A stretch of 64,000 nucleotides of DNA, taken from positions 62,001 through 126,000 of the IMG/VR virus record IMGVR_UViG_3300024336_000005. One strand, written 5' to 3'. Within the stretch, counting starts at the first letter, position 1; every line of letters begins with the position of its first letter. The notes below the pieces were generated by a model that was given only the letters and a program-made list of their open reading frames with translations, was not told where the DNA came from and made no database searches. Shown here piece by piece: positions 28,197 to 38,006 of the stretch. Both the position numbers and the translations under genes were made by a program.

Positions 28197-28724
28197 ATGA
28201 ATAAGATCCTTCCCCTTGCCTTTGTTCTCCTTGCGCCTCTTCTCTCTGGCTTCACTATGTGCAGCGAGATCCCTGACGGACCCTTGCTTTGTGGTAGCGC
28301 CGATGGAGGAGTGTGCTCTTCTCCCTTCTACATGAACCGCGCCTATGGCGAGGTCACGGATAAGAAGGGTAACGTCGTGATGAAGCTCAATGTGGTCTAC
28401 TCAGTAGATCCGGCCATCGCTTTTGTCACCGTCAATGGAGTGGCTATGGAACTGGGGTGGCACGCGCTCTCCATGACCTTCAGGGCCGACAATGATATCT
28501 GGACCTTCAAGCCGGAGAAGGCCGACCAGATTAGGCTTATCTACAGGGCGGCCCTTCCGGGTGGCGTTCGAGGGGAGGATGTTTATTACCTCTTCTCGGG
28601 AACGAATGCCCTTCAGGGCAACCAACCCTCACCGAGCGAAGAGGGCATTCTCACGGTACATGGGATCTTGGGGAATCGACTACACAAGGGCCTGGCCAGT
28701 GTGTACTGGAGCAAGAGAAAGTAA
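28197..28724 (+). CDS. secreted hypothetical protein
   Basis: signal peptide. Confidence 0.8.
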   Translation: MNKILPLAFVLLAPLLSGFTMCSEIPDGPLLCGSADGGVCSSPFYMNRAYGEVTDKKGNVVMKLNVVYSVDPAIAFVTVNGVAMELGWHALSMTFRADNDIWTFKPEKADQIRLIYRAALPGGVRGEDVYYLFSGTNALQGNQPSPSEEGILTVHGILGNRLHKGLASVYWSKRK

Positions 28725-28893
28725 GACTCCCCGGCTTAGCCTCGGCGGCTGGGGCAGCCTGGGATGCTGACCATAAAACTCACCCTGGTGGAGGCGTCGG
28801 TTACGACGCCCTAATTTGCATACACTTAGGATTAAGTTTCCGAAAGTGGTTAAAGCCTGACTGACAGACTTGGGTTGCAACGTCTGTCGACTT

Positions 28894-28985
28894 CAAGAAG
28901 TAAGCGTAAATGGTACTGCTACTGGCCTAAGGTCGAAAGACCTGAATCCGGTGTGTTGGAGGTTCGAATCCTCCCTTCTTGGCCA
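28894..28985 (+). tRNA. tRNA-like (probably Gln CUG-derived) with GAAA hairpin inserted in anticodon loop
   Basis: CAAGAAG/CTTCTTG acceptor, GCCA end, AGGTC-GAAA-GACCT in loop. Confidence 0.65.
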
Positions 28986-29003
28986 AATTCAAAAGGACAT
29001 TAC

Positions 29004-29225
29004 ATGAAAATCCCTAAGCCTGTTCGAAAGCGCCTGGCTCGATATGCCAGGTGTCATGAAGTTCCAAAGAAGTTCAAGTTTGAAGAGTGGCGCGGATTGA
29101 AGCGCCACGCCGAGGACCAGCTTCTGATGAAGGAGGTTCTTGCTTCTTGTAAGACCTCTTCTAATCCCCTTTTGAAGTTCTTGGCAAATGTCTCGACGGT
29201 GTTTGAAGGAACAGCTTGGTTCTAA
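29004..29225 (+). CDS. hypothetical protein
   Basis: ATG after AGGA. Confidence 0.65.
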   Translation: MKIPKPVRKRLARYARCHEVPKKFKFEEWRGLKRHAEDQLLMKEVLASCKTSSNPLLKFLANVSTVFEGTAWF

Positions 29226-29421
29226 TAGGAGTTGAGATCCAGTTCCCGTCGGGGTGCCTACTGGTTAAACAAAAAGGCTCGATGAGTAGACTTGTGTCTG
29301 GAGAGACTCCGCCGGTTCGAGGCAGACGGTGCTCAAAGCCTCCCTTTTCTTGGAGAGTGAGATGGTTAAACTAATAGGGCATGTCCCTGAGACAAAGAGG
29401 GGTCCCTTTAGGCGCAATACA

Positions 29422-30105
29422 ATGGAAGCTAAGGTAATGGAAACTCGACAGGAACGTCATGAGAGACATCTCAGGACGATGAGAGCGTATTTGGCAGGAG
29501 GGGAGAATTTCCTGGCCGCCAAGGCTCTCCAATTTGCAAAGAATCTAATGACAGGACTAAGGAAGGATGGGGAAACTCCAGCCTTCCACCATCCCCTGTC
29601 GGTGGCTCGCTACTTACGAGCTCACCGTCGTAGTCTTATTTATGGAGAGGAGACCATTGCGGCTGCCTTTCTTCATGATATCCTCGAAGACTTTGGTGAT
29701 ACTGTCACTAGAGAGCAACTTAGAGACCTGTTTGGGGAAAGAGTAGCGACTGCCGTATGGGCTCTCAGCAAGAAGAGCAACGGAACGTCAAAGACTCCCG
29801 ATACCTACTTCATGGGCATTGCATCTAATGAGATTGCATCTGTTGTGAAGGCTGTAGATCGATTGCACAATCTCCACACCATGGAGGGCGTGTTCTCTGT
29901 TGAGAAGCAATTGGACTACATCAAAGAAGCAAGAGATAGATTTATCCCCATGCTTATCGAAGCAGGAGATAGGTTTCCCGAACAGTTTGATGTCTATGAA
30001 AACCTCAAGATGAACTTGAGGCTTCAAACCATCCCGATGGAACGACTGTGCGAAGCTTTGATGAGGCTAAAAGATGAAGTTCGAAGCGGTGATTGTCGAG
30101 GGTGA
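29422..30105 (+). CDS. RelA/SpoT-type HD-domain hydrolase (small alarmone hydrolase-like)
   Basis: HPLSVA, AAFLHDILED, VKAVDRLHNLHTM. Confidence 0.8.
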   Translation: MEAKVMETRQERHERHLRTMRAYLAGGENFLAAKALQFAKNLMTGLRKDGETPAFHHPLSVARYLRAHRRSLIYGEETIAAAFLHDILEDFGDTVTREQLRDLFGERVATAVWALSKKSNGTSKTPDTYFMGIASNEIASVVKAVDRLHNLHTMEGVFSVEKQLDYIKEARDRFIPMLIEAGDRFPEQFDVYENLKMNLRLQTIPMERLCEALMRLKDEVRSGDCRG

Positions 30106-30234
30106 GGATTGTGGAGATCAGTGCGATAGGACCGCTGCCACGATTCTAGAAAAGATCGCAGAAGAAATTCCGAGCCTTGTGCTCACTGAAGAAGAACAAC
30201 AAAAGCTCCAGCAAATTGTAGCTGGAGTTGTGAG

Positions 30235-30474
30235 ATGGAGAAAGTAATGCAGCGCAAGCCTTGTCCTGGTGCGCAGGAGGTGATCATCGATCACCTCACC
30301 TCTAAGGGTCCTCAGACGGCACAGGCCGTTGGGCTCGCCCTCTACGGCACTGTGGTGCCGTGGGATCTTGAAGCGACGAAGCGTAAGCGCCGCATTTGGG
30401 CGCAGCATCAGCTTCAGCACATGCACGGTGATCAGGTTCGATTGACCGGCACTCTTTGGAGTCGAGGAAACTAA
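30235..30474 (+). CDS. hypothetical protein (possible wHTH)
   Basis: ORF in array. Confidence 0.6.
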   Translation: MEKVMQRKPCPGAQEVIIDHLTSKGPQTAQAVGLALYGTVVPWDLEATKRKRRIWAQHQLQHMHGDQVRLTGTLWSRGN

Positions 30475-30475
30475 G

Positions 30476-30886
30476 ATGAGTAACAATTCTTTGGAACTAA
30501 TTCGTGAGAATTTGGGACCTGATCCGGTGGGCATTGGCACTCCGGCACCCATGAACATTCCCAAGAGTGGCCCTTTGGCTTATGCCAAGGACCTGGCAGG
30601 TGGCGTTTGGGAGGGAGCTGTGAGGCTCATTCCCCATCTCTCCCTCTTTGAGTCCGAGGCTTGTCAGGGCCGCCGGATGCAGAGGAACGAATGGACCGGA
30701 AGAGGGAGCAAGGAGTTGAACTACGCCTTTGATCTTCCTCAGGGGTTCTCCGGTCTTCTCTCTCCTGCCAATGTGGCCTTCAACTTCCCGGCTGATTACA
30801 TTCAGCCTGCTCCGACTGGCTTCACCCATGGGTGGATGAAGCGGTGGTTGGCTGACATGGGCCCTGAGGGGGATTCAACGAACTAA
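30476..30886 (+). CDS. hypothetical protein
   Basis: ORF in array. Confidence 0.75.
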   Translation: MSNNSLELIRENLGPDPVGIGTPAPMNIPKSGPLAYAKDLAGGVWEGAVRLIPHLSLFESEACQGRRMQRNEWTGRGSKELNYAFDLPQGFSGLLSPANVAFNFPADYIQPAPTGFTHGWMKRWLADMGPEGDSTN

Positions 30887-30895
30887 GGAAGTAAC

Positions 30896-31639
30896 ATGGC
30901 CCGCTTTTATGAAAACTGTGAGCAACTTGACCAAGAAGGTCGGTTCCTCTCATTTATAAATAAAAAGAGGGCTGATTGGTATGTCAATCGTGGACTTGCC
31001 AAAGTTCTTTCTCATGAGCCCTATCGAATATCCCTAACCTTCCCTCCTGCTGGACAAGGCAGAAGGGAAGACCCTTTCTATCAAGTTCAAAGAGAGAATG
31101 TCTGTGTGGTTTGTGGGACTGAAGAGAGTCTCACAAGACATCACGTAGTGCCTCAGACCTTTAGAAAGCACTTCCCAGAAGAGTTCAAGGCAAATGCAAA
31201 TCATGATGTTCTTGCTGCGTGTGAAACATGCCATAGGGCCTATTGTGTATTTGAAGAAGAGCTTAAGGTAGAGCTAGCAAAGAAGCATGACCTTTCTTTG
31301 ACGGGAGCTCCCCTTGGGATTCCCGCTCACATTCAAAAGGCTGCCAGCTTGGCGCAAACAGCTTCTGCACGTTGGGACTCTATGGGAACCAAAGGCAAAG
31401 AGAGGATTGCAGCATCCTTTCTCTTTTTGTTCTCATCTGCAGGACCAACTCCTGACGAAATGAAGCAGATTGTTAGCATCCACTTGCATCAACAGACGTC
31501 TTCTTTTGGGAAAGCAATAGCTAACCTGTATGAAGATGACTTGAATAGTCTGGCTTCTTTGTGGAGAAATCATTTTGTTGAGACTATGGATCCTCAACAT
31601 CTGCCAAAGTTTTGGGATCCAAATAGGGAATTAGGATGA
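30896..31639 (+). CDS. HNH-like nuclease resembling the EXD2 C-terminal domain
   Basis: YENC...WY...ENVCVVCG...RHHVVP..FRKHFP...HDVL..CETCH. Confidence 0.75.
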   Translation: MARFYENCEQLDQEGRFLSFINKKRADWYVNRGLAKVLSHEPYRISLTFPPAGQGRREDPFYQVQRENVCVVCGTEESLTRHHVVPQTFRKHFPEEFKANANHDVLAACETCHRAYCVFEEELKVELAKKHDLSLTGAPLGIPAHIQKAASLAQTASARWDSMGTKGKERIAASFLFLFSSAGPTPDEMKQIVSIHLHQQTSSFGKAIANLYEDDLNSLASLWRNHFVETMDPQHLPKFWDPNRELG

Positions 31640-31986
31640 TTGACTTCATGGTTGGATTTTCTATTTGCTCCTCAATTCTTTATATAAGCGGATGTTTTAG
31701 CTTATTTATGGAGGGTCACTATAGAAACAGATGGAAGTCTATTCGTAAGAGAATTTTAACTCTTCCTTTGTTTCTTTTCCTTTTAGTCAGACCAATAGTC
31801 GCTCTTTATGTCTTCTTTACTCAGCCTTTGGTGCTTCTAAAAGAGTACCTCCCTACCGCTTTTAAGGAATTGAGAGAAGAACAAGTGCAAGCGCGTTGCG
31901 AACTTGCATCAGAAAAGGAAAAGAGCGTCAAGCAAGCAGGAATGCTAAGCGCTCCTCCAGATAAGTCTGGATGGCTTAGTGATTAG
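31636..31986 (+). CDS. membrane protein
   Basis: TM segments; C-terminal GMLS...GWLS tail. Confidence 0.65.
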   Translation: MIDFMVGFSICSSILYISGCFSLFMEGHYRNRWKSIRKRILTLPLFLFLLVRPIVALYVFFTQPLVLLKEYLPTAFKELREEQVQARCELASEKEKSVKQAGMLSAPPDKSGWLSD

Positions 31987-32059
31987 CACCCGTAACTCAG
32001 CTGGATAGAGTAGTCGCCTCCTAAGCGATTTGTCGATGGTTCAAATCCATCCGGGTGCA
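31986..32059 (+). tRNA. trnR: tRNA-Arg(CCU)
   Basis: GCACCCG/CGGGTGC, GTCGC-CTCCTAA-GCGAT. Confidence 0.92.
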
Positions 32060-32076
32060 CAAATGAAAGAAGGATC

Positions 32077-32394
32077 ATGATTAGTTGGATCACTCCTGAA
32101 AAAATTGTAGAAAGCCGTCGGAGTTCTACTCCTGATTCGGTTTACCAAGCCATGAATAATTTGATAGCTGAGAACTATGCGAATTGTTCAACTGTTGTAA
32201 AAGTCGATGAGCTTAAGGTGGAAATTCTCAGGCTAATGGGAATAAATACAAAGATTTTAGACCATTGGCTTGATGTTGAACCAATATTTGCAGACCATGG
32301 GTGGGATTTGAAATTGGTCAGTCCAACAGGAAATCAATCCTTCCCTCCCTATTGGAAGTGTAAGTATCTCAAGGCTCTGGATCGGGGCCTTTAG
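32077..32394 (+). CDS. hypothetical protein
   Basis: RBS, ORF. Confidence 0.75.
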   Translation: MISWITPEKIVESRRSSTPDSVYQAMNNLIAENYANCSTVVKVDELKVEILRLMGINTKILDHWLDVEPIFADHGWDLKLVSPTGNQSFPPYWKCKYLKALDRGL

Positions 32395-32457
32395 CTCAGT
32401 GGTTAGAGCCGTCGCCTCATAAGCGATTGGTCCAGGGTTCAAATCCCTGAGGGCCCA
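32385..32457 (+). tRNA. tRNA with CAU anticodon, Ile2-like acceptor
   Basis: GGGCCTT/AGGGCCC, GTCGC-CTCATAA-GCGAT. Confidence 0.88.
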
Positions 32458-32473
32458 CAAAGGATTTTGAATA

Positions 32474-32788
32474 ATGAATATGCAATCTATGGGCGAAGTG
32501 AAACGCCTTCATCTCAAGCGTGTGAAGGCGGTCCAGTTTGCTGAAGTACTTAAGTCGCGCTTCTCCGCCGGCGAATACCCAAATCTCTGCTTGACTTCTT
32601 CGGATGCAGTAGAGCTGGGGATTGAAATTACCAAGACTCTTGTTCCTGTGATTCTTGAAACCACCTGGAAGCGAATCCGAGAGTGGGAGCAAGAAATGTG
32701 CAATCTGGGGATGGAGTGCTCTCCCGCTCTGAAGTTTTACAATGAGAATACGGTAGTGACCTTAGACGGTTCGTATGAATCTATCTAG
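32474..32788 (+). CDS. hypothetical protein
   Basis: ORF. Confidence 0.7.
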   Translation: MNMQSMGEVKRLHLKRVKAVQFAEVLKSRFSAGEYPNLCLTSSDAVELGIEITKTLVPVILETTWKRIREWEQEMCNLGMECSPALKFYNENTVVTLDGSYESI

Positions 32789-32836
32789 CTCAAGGGAGAA
32801 TGGCTCTACGAGGACGTAAGGGCCCACAAGGAAAGC

Positions 32837-33616
32837 ATGAAACCCACTTATATTGTTGGAGACGTTCATGGATGTCTCCGAGAGCTTCAGACACTTCTTT
32901 CTCTTATCTTTCAAAAGATTGGTGCCAATCCAGGGACTATTGTCTTTGTTGGTGATCTGATTGACAAGGGGCCTGATAGCCTCGGATGCCTTCGTCAGGT
33001 CAAAGACCTACAGAAGTATCCGATGGGGATTGAAGTCGTCTTCGTCATCGGCAACCATGAGGATAAGTTGATCCGTTGGTTGCAGCACGAGCAGAAGATT
33101 GATCTGGGTCTTGCTGTAACTAATCCCATTAAGGCATTGCCTGAGTGGGATGCAGCCATGAGGACATGGGGGCTCAAGCAAGGTGGCCTTAGGTGGCTAC
33201 GTTCCTGTCCTATGTCTTGGTCTTCCGGTAATGGTAAGTACCATGTAGTCCATGCTGGGATTGAGCCCAAAAGGAAAGCAATTCCAGTTTGCCCCTGGCT
33301 TGAGGCCAAGGGCAAAGACAAGACTGTCTTCTTTACTCGGTATGTGAACCCTGAGAAGGGTAAGATGGTAGCACTTGGTCAGGAGGTTTTTCCTCGTGAC
33401 AAGTGGTGGGGTGAGCTTTATGATGGCCGTTTTGGTACTGTCATCTATGGACATCAGCCCTTTGATGAAGTTCGACGAGATGCCCATGCAGTAGGCATTG
33501 ATACCTCTTGTGTTTATGGAGGCTGCCTGACTGCATATGATCCAACTACTGGAGAGACTCTTGAGGTGAAGGCCTTTGATGTCTATTCAGAGAGAATGAA
33601 AGACTACCCTTCATGA
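32837..33616 (+). CDS. calcineurin-like metallophosphoesterase (ApaH/PrpE/Pnkp type)
   Basis: GDVHG, GDLIDKG, GNHE, VHAG, YGH, IDTSCVYGG. Confidence 0.9.
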   Translation: MKPTYIVGDVHGCLRELQTLLSLIFQKIGANPGTIVFVGDLIDKGPDSLGCLRQVKDLQKYPMGIEVVFVIGNHEDKLIRWLQHEQKIDLGLAVTNPIKALPEWDAAMRTWGLKQGGLRWLRSCPMSWSSGNGKYHVVHAGIEPKRKAIPVCPWLEAKGKDKTVFFTRYVNPEKGKMVALGQEVFPRDKWWGELYDGRFGTVIYGHQPFDEVRRDAHAVGIDTSCVYGGCLTAYDPTTGETLEVKAFDVYSERMKDYPS

Positions 33617-33652
33617 TTAAGTCTTTCTTAATATAATTCTGCAAGGAACAAG

Positions 33653-34711
33653 ATGAGTGATTATCCAGATGGAACCATTATTGTAGGTCTCCAGGATGGA
33701 GACGAAAGCAAGGGAAAGGTGGCGGCGGCTCTTTGTTCGCTACCGCAAGTGACCCATTGTGTTCGCTATAGTGGTGGACAGAATGCAGGCCATGTTTTCT
33801 ACAAGGATGGCCTACAGGTTGTCACTCATATCATTCCCTCTGGGATTGTATATGGGAAGGTCTCGGTGATTGGTCCTGGCTGCGCCTTCTCTGAGAAGGG
33901 CTTCTGGGCTGAGCTAGAAGACATTTGTGATGCACTGGGGGAGACCATGTTGAATCTCTCTCGCTTGATCAAGATCTCCCCTGCTGCTCATATCGTCCAG
34001 GACAAGCACATCGTTTTGGATGAGGCGACAGACAAGATTGGATCTACCAAGAGAGGGATCGCCCCAGTCTATGCCGATAAGGCTATGAGGACGGGCATCC
34101 GAGCCGAGAGCATTCCAAGCCTAAAGCCTTTCTTGTGGGATACGACTAAGCTCAATGACCCAAAGAATGTCATCGTATTTGAAGGGGCTCAAGGCTTTGG
34201 CCTTGATCCTGATGTAGGAGATTATCCCTATATCACCAGCTCCTCCTCTCTCCCTGGTGCGATCAACAATGTTGGTGTGCCCATCTGGGCAATCAATAAG
34301 ATTGTTGGAGTTGCAAAGCTCTATGCGACCTATGTTGGGACCAAGGAATTCGAGCCAGATCTAGAGATTTTCTCAAAGCTTCGTGAGCTCGGAGGGGAGT
34401 ATGGCTCGACCACAGGCCGTCCTCGACAGTGCAACTGGTTGAATCTTGATACTCTCATCACTGCTATTCGAACCTGTGGTTGTACTACGGTCGTCTTCAG
34501 CAAGTGCGACATCATTGAACAGCTTGGCGTTTTCAAGTTGATTGATGGTGGTACAGTTCGAGAGTTCGGGAATATGGCTGGCATGATTGCTCACATTAAG
34601 CGAGAGCTTAAGGAGGAGGCACCAAGTACAAGTCTAATCTTTAGTGGCAGTCAATACACAGTTGAAGATGACTATGGCCATCTTGCTGAAGAGCCGATGG
34701 GAGAGATTTGA
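33653..34711 (+). CDS. purA: adenylosuccinate synthetase (short form)
   Basis: GDESKGK, GGQNAGH, GSTKRGI, FEGAQG, YPYITSS, EYGSTTGRPR. Confidence 0.9.
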   Translation: MSDYPDGTIIVGLQDGDESKGKVAAALCSLPQVTHCVRYSGGQNAGHVFYKDGLQVVTHIIPSGIVYGKVSVIGPGCAFSEKGFWAELEDICDALGETMLNLSRLIKISPAAHIVQDKHIVLDEATDKIGSTKRGIAPVYADKAMRTGIRAESIPSLKPFLWDTTKLNDPKNVIVFEGAQGFGLDPDVGDYPYITSSSSLPGAINNVGVPIWAINKIVGVAKLYATYVGTKEFEPDLEIFSKLRELGGEYGSTTGRPRQCNWLNLDTLITAIRTCGCTTVVFSKCDIIEQLGVFKLIDGGTVREFGNMAGMIAHIKRELKEEAPSTSLIFSGSQYTVEDDYGHLAEEPMGEI

Positions 34712-34784
34712 TGTCCTCGATTACAGAGGGTATTCTTGCTAGGCTGATGGAGAAGCCTGGCAAATTTGAAGGAGAATTCTGAAT

Positions 34785-36146
34785 ATGTACCAAGCAATTG
34801 TTGCCAACATTCACACCCGTCCACATCCGGGAGCTGATCGAATTCAGCTAGGAACTGTATGTGGCCATCAGGTTGTATGCGGGCTTGACATTGCTGATGG
34901 TACTCTCGGTGTGTTCTTTCCTTGCGATGGCCAGCTAAGTCATGACTTCTGTGTGGCCAATGATGAGTACCCTCGGCTTGATGAACAGGGGAAGAAGGTC
35001 GGTGGCGGATTCATCAATCCTAAGAACCGTCGCGTAAAGGCACAAAGCTTTCGTGGTGAAAAGTCGGATGGCTACTGGGTTCCAATGGATAAGCTCATTA
35101 AGTGGGCAAATCATGTTTGGCGCGAGGATGACAAGGGAGACCATGTCCTCTTGTCCAACCGTGTGCAGAGCCTTGTAGAAGGTGACACCTTTGATTCCGT
35201 TGGCGATGTGCCTTTGTGTAACAAGTATGTAACTGAGAAGACCCTTAAGGCTCTTCAGAATCAGGCCAAGCAGGCTCGCAAGACTCATACTCAGTTCGCT
35301 CAGCATATTGATACCAAGCAGTTCCGATACAACATTGGAAACATCCCGGAGGGTTCCATTGTATGGATATCTGAAAAGCTTCACGGTACTAGCGGTCGCT
35401 ATGGGTACGTTCAAGCTCTTCGTGAGCTCGGTGGCCGTTTTAATGCTTTTGTTCGCAGGGCTTTTGATTGGTGCGCTGATAAGCTTGGTCTTGATGTAAG
35501 CCCTAAGTATGAACATGTTATGGGCTCACGAAGGGTTGAGCTCTCTGCTCAGTCAGAAGGGTTTTACGGCTCGATAGATTTCCGTGCAAATGTAGCAAAC
35601 AAGTTGAAGGGAAATCTCCTCAAGGGTGAGTGCATTTATGGAGAGCTAGTGGGTTGGACTGGTCCTGATTCTTTGATCATGGGCCGCCACTCAACCAAGA
35701 AGCTCGGCAAGGAGCTTCGCAAGCAGTACGGAGAAGAGGTCACCTATACTTATGGACAGCCAAACGGTTGTTCTGAGTTCTTCGTTTATCGAATCACTCG
35801 TGTTGGCCCAGATGGTCAGACGATTGAGCTCGGTGAGCGTGAGATGCGGGCAAGGGCGAGGGTCCTCGGCTTCAAGACTCCAGAGCTCTTTGCGGGGCCG
35901 ATGGTAGTTCACGACTATGCTGATGATAAGTGGGTCGATGGTGGCAAGACGCTCATGCAGGTCGTGGAAGCCTACCTAAATGGACCATCGATTGAAGACT
36001 CACGACATCCTCGAGAGGGCGTCGTGATTAGGGTTGACAGGCCTGACGGGACTACCATCTGGCTCAAGGACAAGAACCATCCGTTCAAGGTAATGGAGGG
36101 TATCGCTAAGGATTCCGGCGAAGCAGACATGGAAGAAAGCTCATGA
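34785..36146 (+). CDS. ATP-dependent RNA ligase, Rnl2/DRB0094-like with N-terminal OB fold
   Basis: HPGADRI, EKLHGTS (motif I), YGELVG, FFVYRI, REGVVIR, LKDKN. Confidence 0.85.
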   Translation: MYQAIVANIHTRPHPGADRIQLGTVCGHQVVCGLDIADGTLGVFFPCDGQLSHDFCVANDEYPRLDEQGKKVGGGFINPKNRRVKAQSFRGEKSDGYWVPMDKLIKWANHVWREDDKGDHVLLSNRVQSLVEGDTFDSVGDVPLCNKYVTEKTLKALQNQAKQARKTHTQFAQHIDTKQFRYNIGNIPEGSIVWISEKLHGTSGRYGYVQALRELGGRFNAFVRRAFDWCADKLGLDVSPKYEHVMGSRRVELSAQSEGFYGSIDFRANVANKLKGNLLKGECIYGELVGWTGPDSLIMGRHSTKKLGKELRKQYGEEVTYTYGQPNGCSEFFVYRITRVGPDGQTIELGEREMRARARVLGFKTPELFAGPMVVHDYADDKWVDGGKTLMQVVEAYLNGPSIEDSRHPREGVVIRVDRPDGTTIWLKDKNHPFKVMEGIAKDSGEADMEESS

Positions 36147-36466
36147 AAGCATTCTTATTTGTAATGATAGTGCTTTTGTTTGGCTGTGGTTCCACCTCGA
36201 CGCTAAGTCCGTTTGATAGTTCTATCAACAATCTGTTTAAGACTGTTGAAGATTCTAAGACGACGCTCAAACTTGAGACCATTCAGTGCCAACATAAGGA
36301 GACCCAAAGGAATACAACTTGTATTGTAAGGGCCTTCCTTTCGGACGGCACTCCCTTTCAACTGTCCTTAGAGTGTCCAACTGTACCCGGTGAGCTATGT
36401 GCGGTTACTGCACAGGCTCCAACTACTTCAGTTCAATCCAACCCAAGGGGCGGCTTGAGCCTATAG
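36143..36466 (+). CDS. putative lipoprotein
   Basis: lipobox LFGC. Confidence 0.7.
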   Translation: MKAFLFVMIVLLFGCGSTSTLSPFDSSINNLFKTVEDSKTTLKLETIQCQHKETQRNTTCIVRAFLSDGTPFQLSLECPTVPGELCAVTAQAPTTSVQSNPRGGLSL

Positions 36467-36470
36467 GATG

Positions 36471-36614
36471 CGTGCCGATTAACTACCGGCTAGTGGGGGT
36501 GGCGACAAGCCCCATGATTGAAGCAGGCTAGTTCCTGTCCATTAGCTTACGCTATAGACGCCCCGAACCTCGGAGAGGTCGGATTTGCTGTTATCGTTAG
36601 ACGTTACCATGGAG
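36471..36614 (+). ncRNA. structured ncRNA, copy B of 25040-25170
   Basis: CGTGCC..GGCTAGTGGG.GTGGCGA.AA.CCCA.GA..CCCCG.ACCTCGGAGAGGTCGG..TCGTTAG..ACCATGGAG shared. Confidence 0.7.
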
Positions 36615-36650
36615 GTTGTTCCTTTGAAGTGTGTACGTCAAACAGCGCCT

Positions 36651-36739
36651 GGAAGGGTGGCAGAGTGGTCTAATGCTACGGTCTTGAAAACCGTCGGGGC
36701 TAATTACCCCCGTGGGTTCGAATCCCACCCCTTCTTCCA
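36651..36739 (+). tRNA. trnS: tRNA-Ser(UGA)
   Basis: ACGGT-CTTGAAA-ACCGT, long variable arm, CCA. Confidence 0.93.
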
Positions 36740-36759
36740 TAGTTTAGACAAAGGATAAA

Positions 36760-37035
36760 ATGATGATTGATATTAGCGGAATTGATAAGGCAGAGCTTCT
36801 TGCTGCGCTCTATAATGCTTCTAAGCCTCAAGGGATGGGATTCCTACATTTCACCCCTGAGCCTCTTCCCATTGAGGAAGCCCGGGAGTTGCTCAAGGGA
36901 GGTTCCTCTTTTGACTATCTCAAGGGAAGGGTCATGAAGGTCGGGCTTGAGGGAAATGCATTGGATCCTCGATTGTATGATCGAGACCTTGGTGAGGGAG
37001 CTGCAGCAAGAGCTGTACAGTCCTTGAGGCGATGA
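36760..37035 (+). CDS. hypothetical phage protein
   Basis: RBS, ORF. Confidence 0.8.
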   Translation: MMIDISGIDKAELLAALYNASKPQGMGFLHFTPEPLPIEEARELLKGGSSFDYLKGRVMKVGLEGNALDPRLYDRDLGEGAAARAVQSLRR

Positions 37036-37241
37036 TGTGGGACCTAGTTAGCCTGTTGCTCTTATTGAGCATCCCCTTGGCAGTTCCTACCTTTCTTCTC
37101 CTTGAGCTTCTTGATTATCTTTGGGAAGCCTTAGAGGCTTTCACCCAAAAGGTAAGGTTCATGAAAGATTACGCTTCATATCTCTTTCTTGGAATCGGAG
37201 CTTTCTGGGGTCTTGGCGCCTACGCAGAGCTTTATAGTTAG
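37032..37241 (+). CDS. small membrane protein
   Basis: overlap, hydrophobic. Confidence 0.6.
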   Translation: MMWDLVSLLLLLSIPLAVPTFLLLELLDYLWEALEAFTQKVRFMKDYASYLFLGIGAFWGLGAYAELYS

Positions 37242-37249
37242 GAGCAGCC

Positions 37250-37807
37250 ATGTGGCTCTCAATGAGAGGCAGGGTAAAGTCCGGAGCCTCTCTTGGGGTC
37301 TTCGATAGAAACAGGCCCTTTTGGCTCATTCTTCAATGTCCTAAGGACATCATGTGGTTCTACATCAACCAGATCAACCAGGCCGTTGTAGACGGTCTGG
37401 AGAAGAAGGTTGTAGGTCCACCCCTGGCTGACTGTCACGTCTCTATTGTAAGGGACGAGAAGGCTCGTAGCGACCCCTGGAAGGCTGCTCAGGGCTATCC
37501 TCTGAGGTTTGAATACCAGCCATGCCTCCAGACCAATGGCAAGCACTGGTGGCTTCCTGTGCGTTCCAGAGAGGTGGAGAACCTTAGAGAGCGCATAGGG
37601 TTACGCCCTCGTGGTTATGTCCCCCTTCACCTTACTGTTGCCTGCACTTCTGTTCTTGAAGAGAAGACTCAAAGACGTGCTACCAAAGAGGTTATTGTTC
37701 GCAAAGCTCAGTTGGAGCTTATGCGAGAGAAGATGCCTAATGAGCTGTGGCCTTCATGTCCTGAAGCTCAAGAGTTGAAGACTCTGGAGGAGAGGTTTTA
37801 TGTATGA
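37250..37807 (+). CDS. 2H phosphoesterase superfamily protein
   Basis: two HxS/T motifs: CHVSIV and LHLTV. Confidence 0.7.
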   Translation: MWLSMRGRVKSGASLGVFDRNRPFWLILQCPKDIMWFYINQINQAVVDGLEKKVVGPPLADCHVSIVRDEKARSDPWKAAQGYPLRFEYQPCLQTNGKHWWLPVRSREVENLRERIGLRPRGYVPLHLTVACTSVLEEKTQRRATKEVIVRKAQLELMREKMPNELWPSCPEAQELKTLEERFYV

Positions 37808-38006
37808 TTCAGGTGTCCGTCAAGCCGAAAAGGCTAACTTCTTTGAGAATCTGAAGGAGCTTCTAAAGGAGCATCTTGAGATCCGCATTGATACTGAGAG
37901 TGAGCCTCACTTTTACAAAGATGGTGGCTATACTGAGGTCAAGGTGAAGGTCGTCTTTGCGGGAGAGGTGATTGATTCCGATAGCTTCTCCTTTGAGACA
38001 GACTGA
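37800..38006 (+). CDS. hypothetical protein
   Basis: overlapping small ORF. Confidence 0.65.
   Translation: MYDSGVRQAEKANFFENLKELLKEHLEIRIDTESEPHFYKDGGYTEVKVKVVFAGEVIDSDSFSFETD

Noticed and set aside
32450-32829. att-like duplication AGGGCCCACAA of the tRNA 3' end flanking ORF 32474-32788
   Set aside because: Only 11 bp and no integrase nearby; chance cannot be excluded.
33653-34711. PurZ (diaminopurine/Z-genome pathway)
   Set aside because: The N-terminal motif GDESKGK keeps the catalytic Asp of PurA, whereas PurZ has Ser there; no other Z-pathway gene was recognised in the window.
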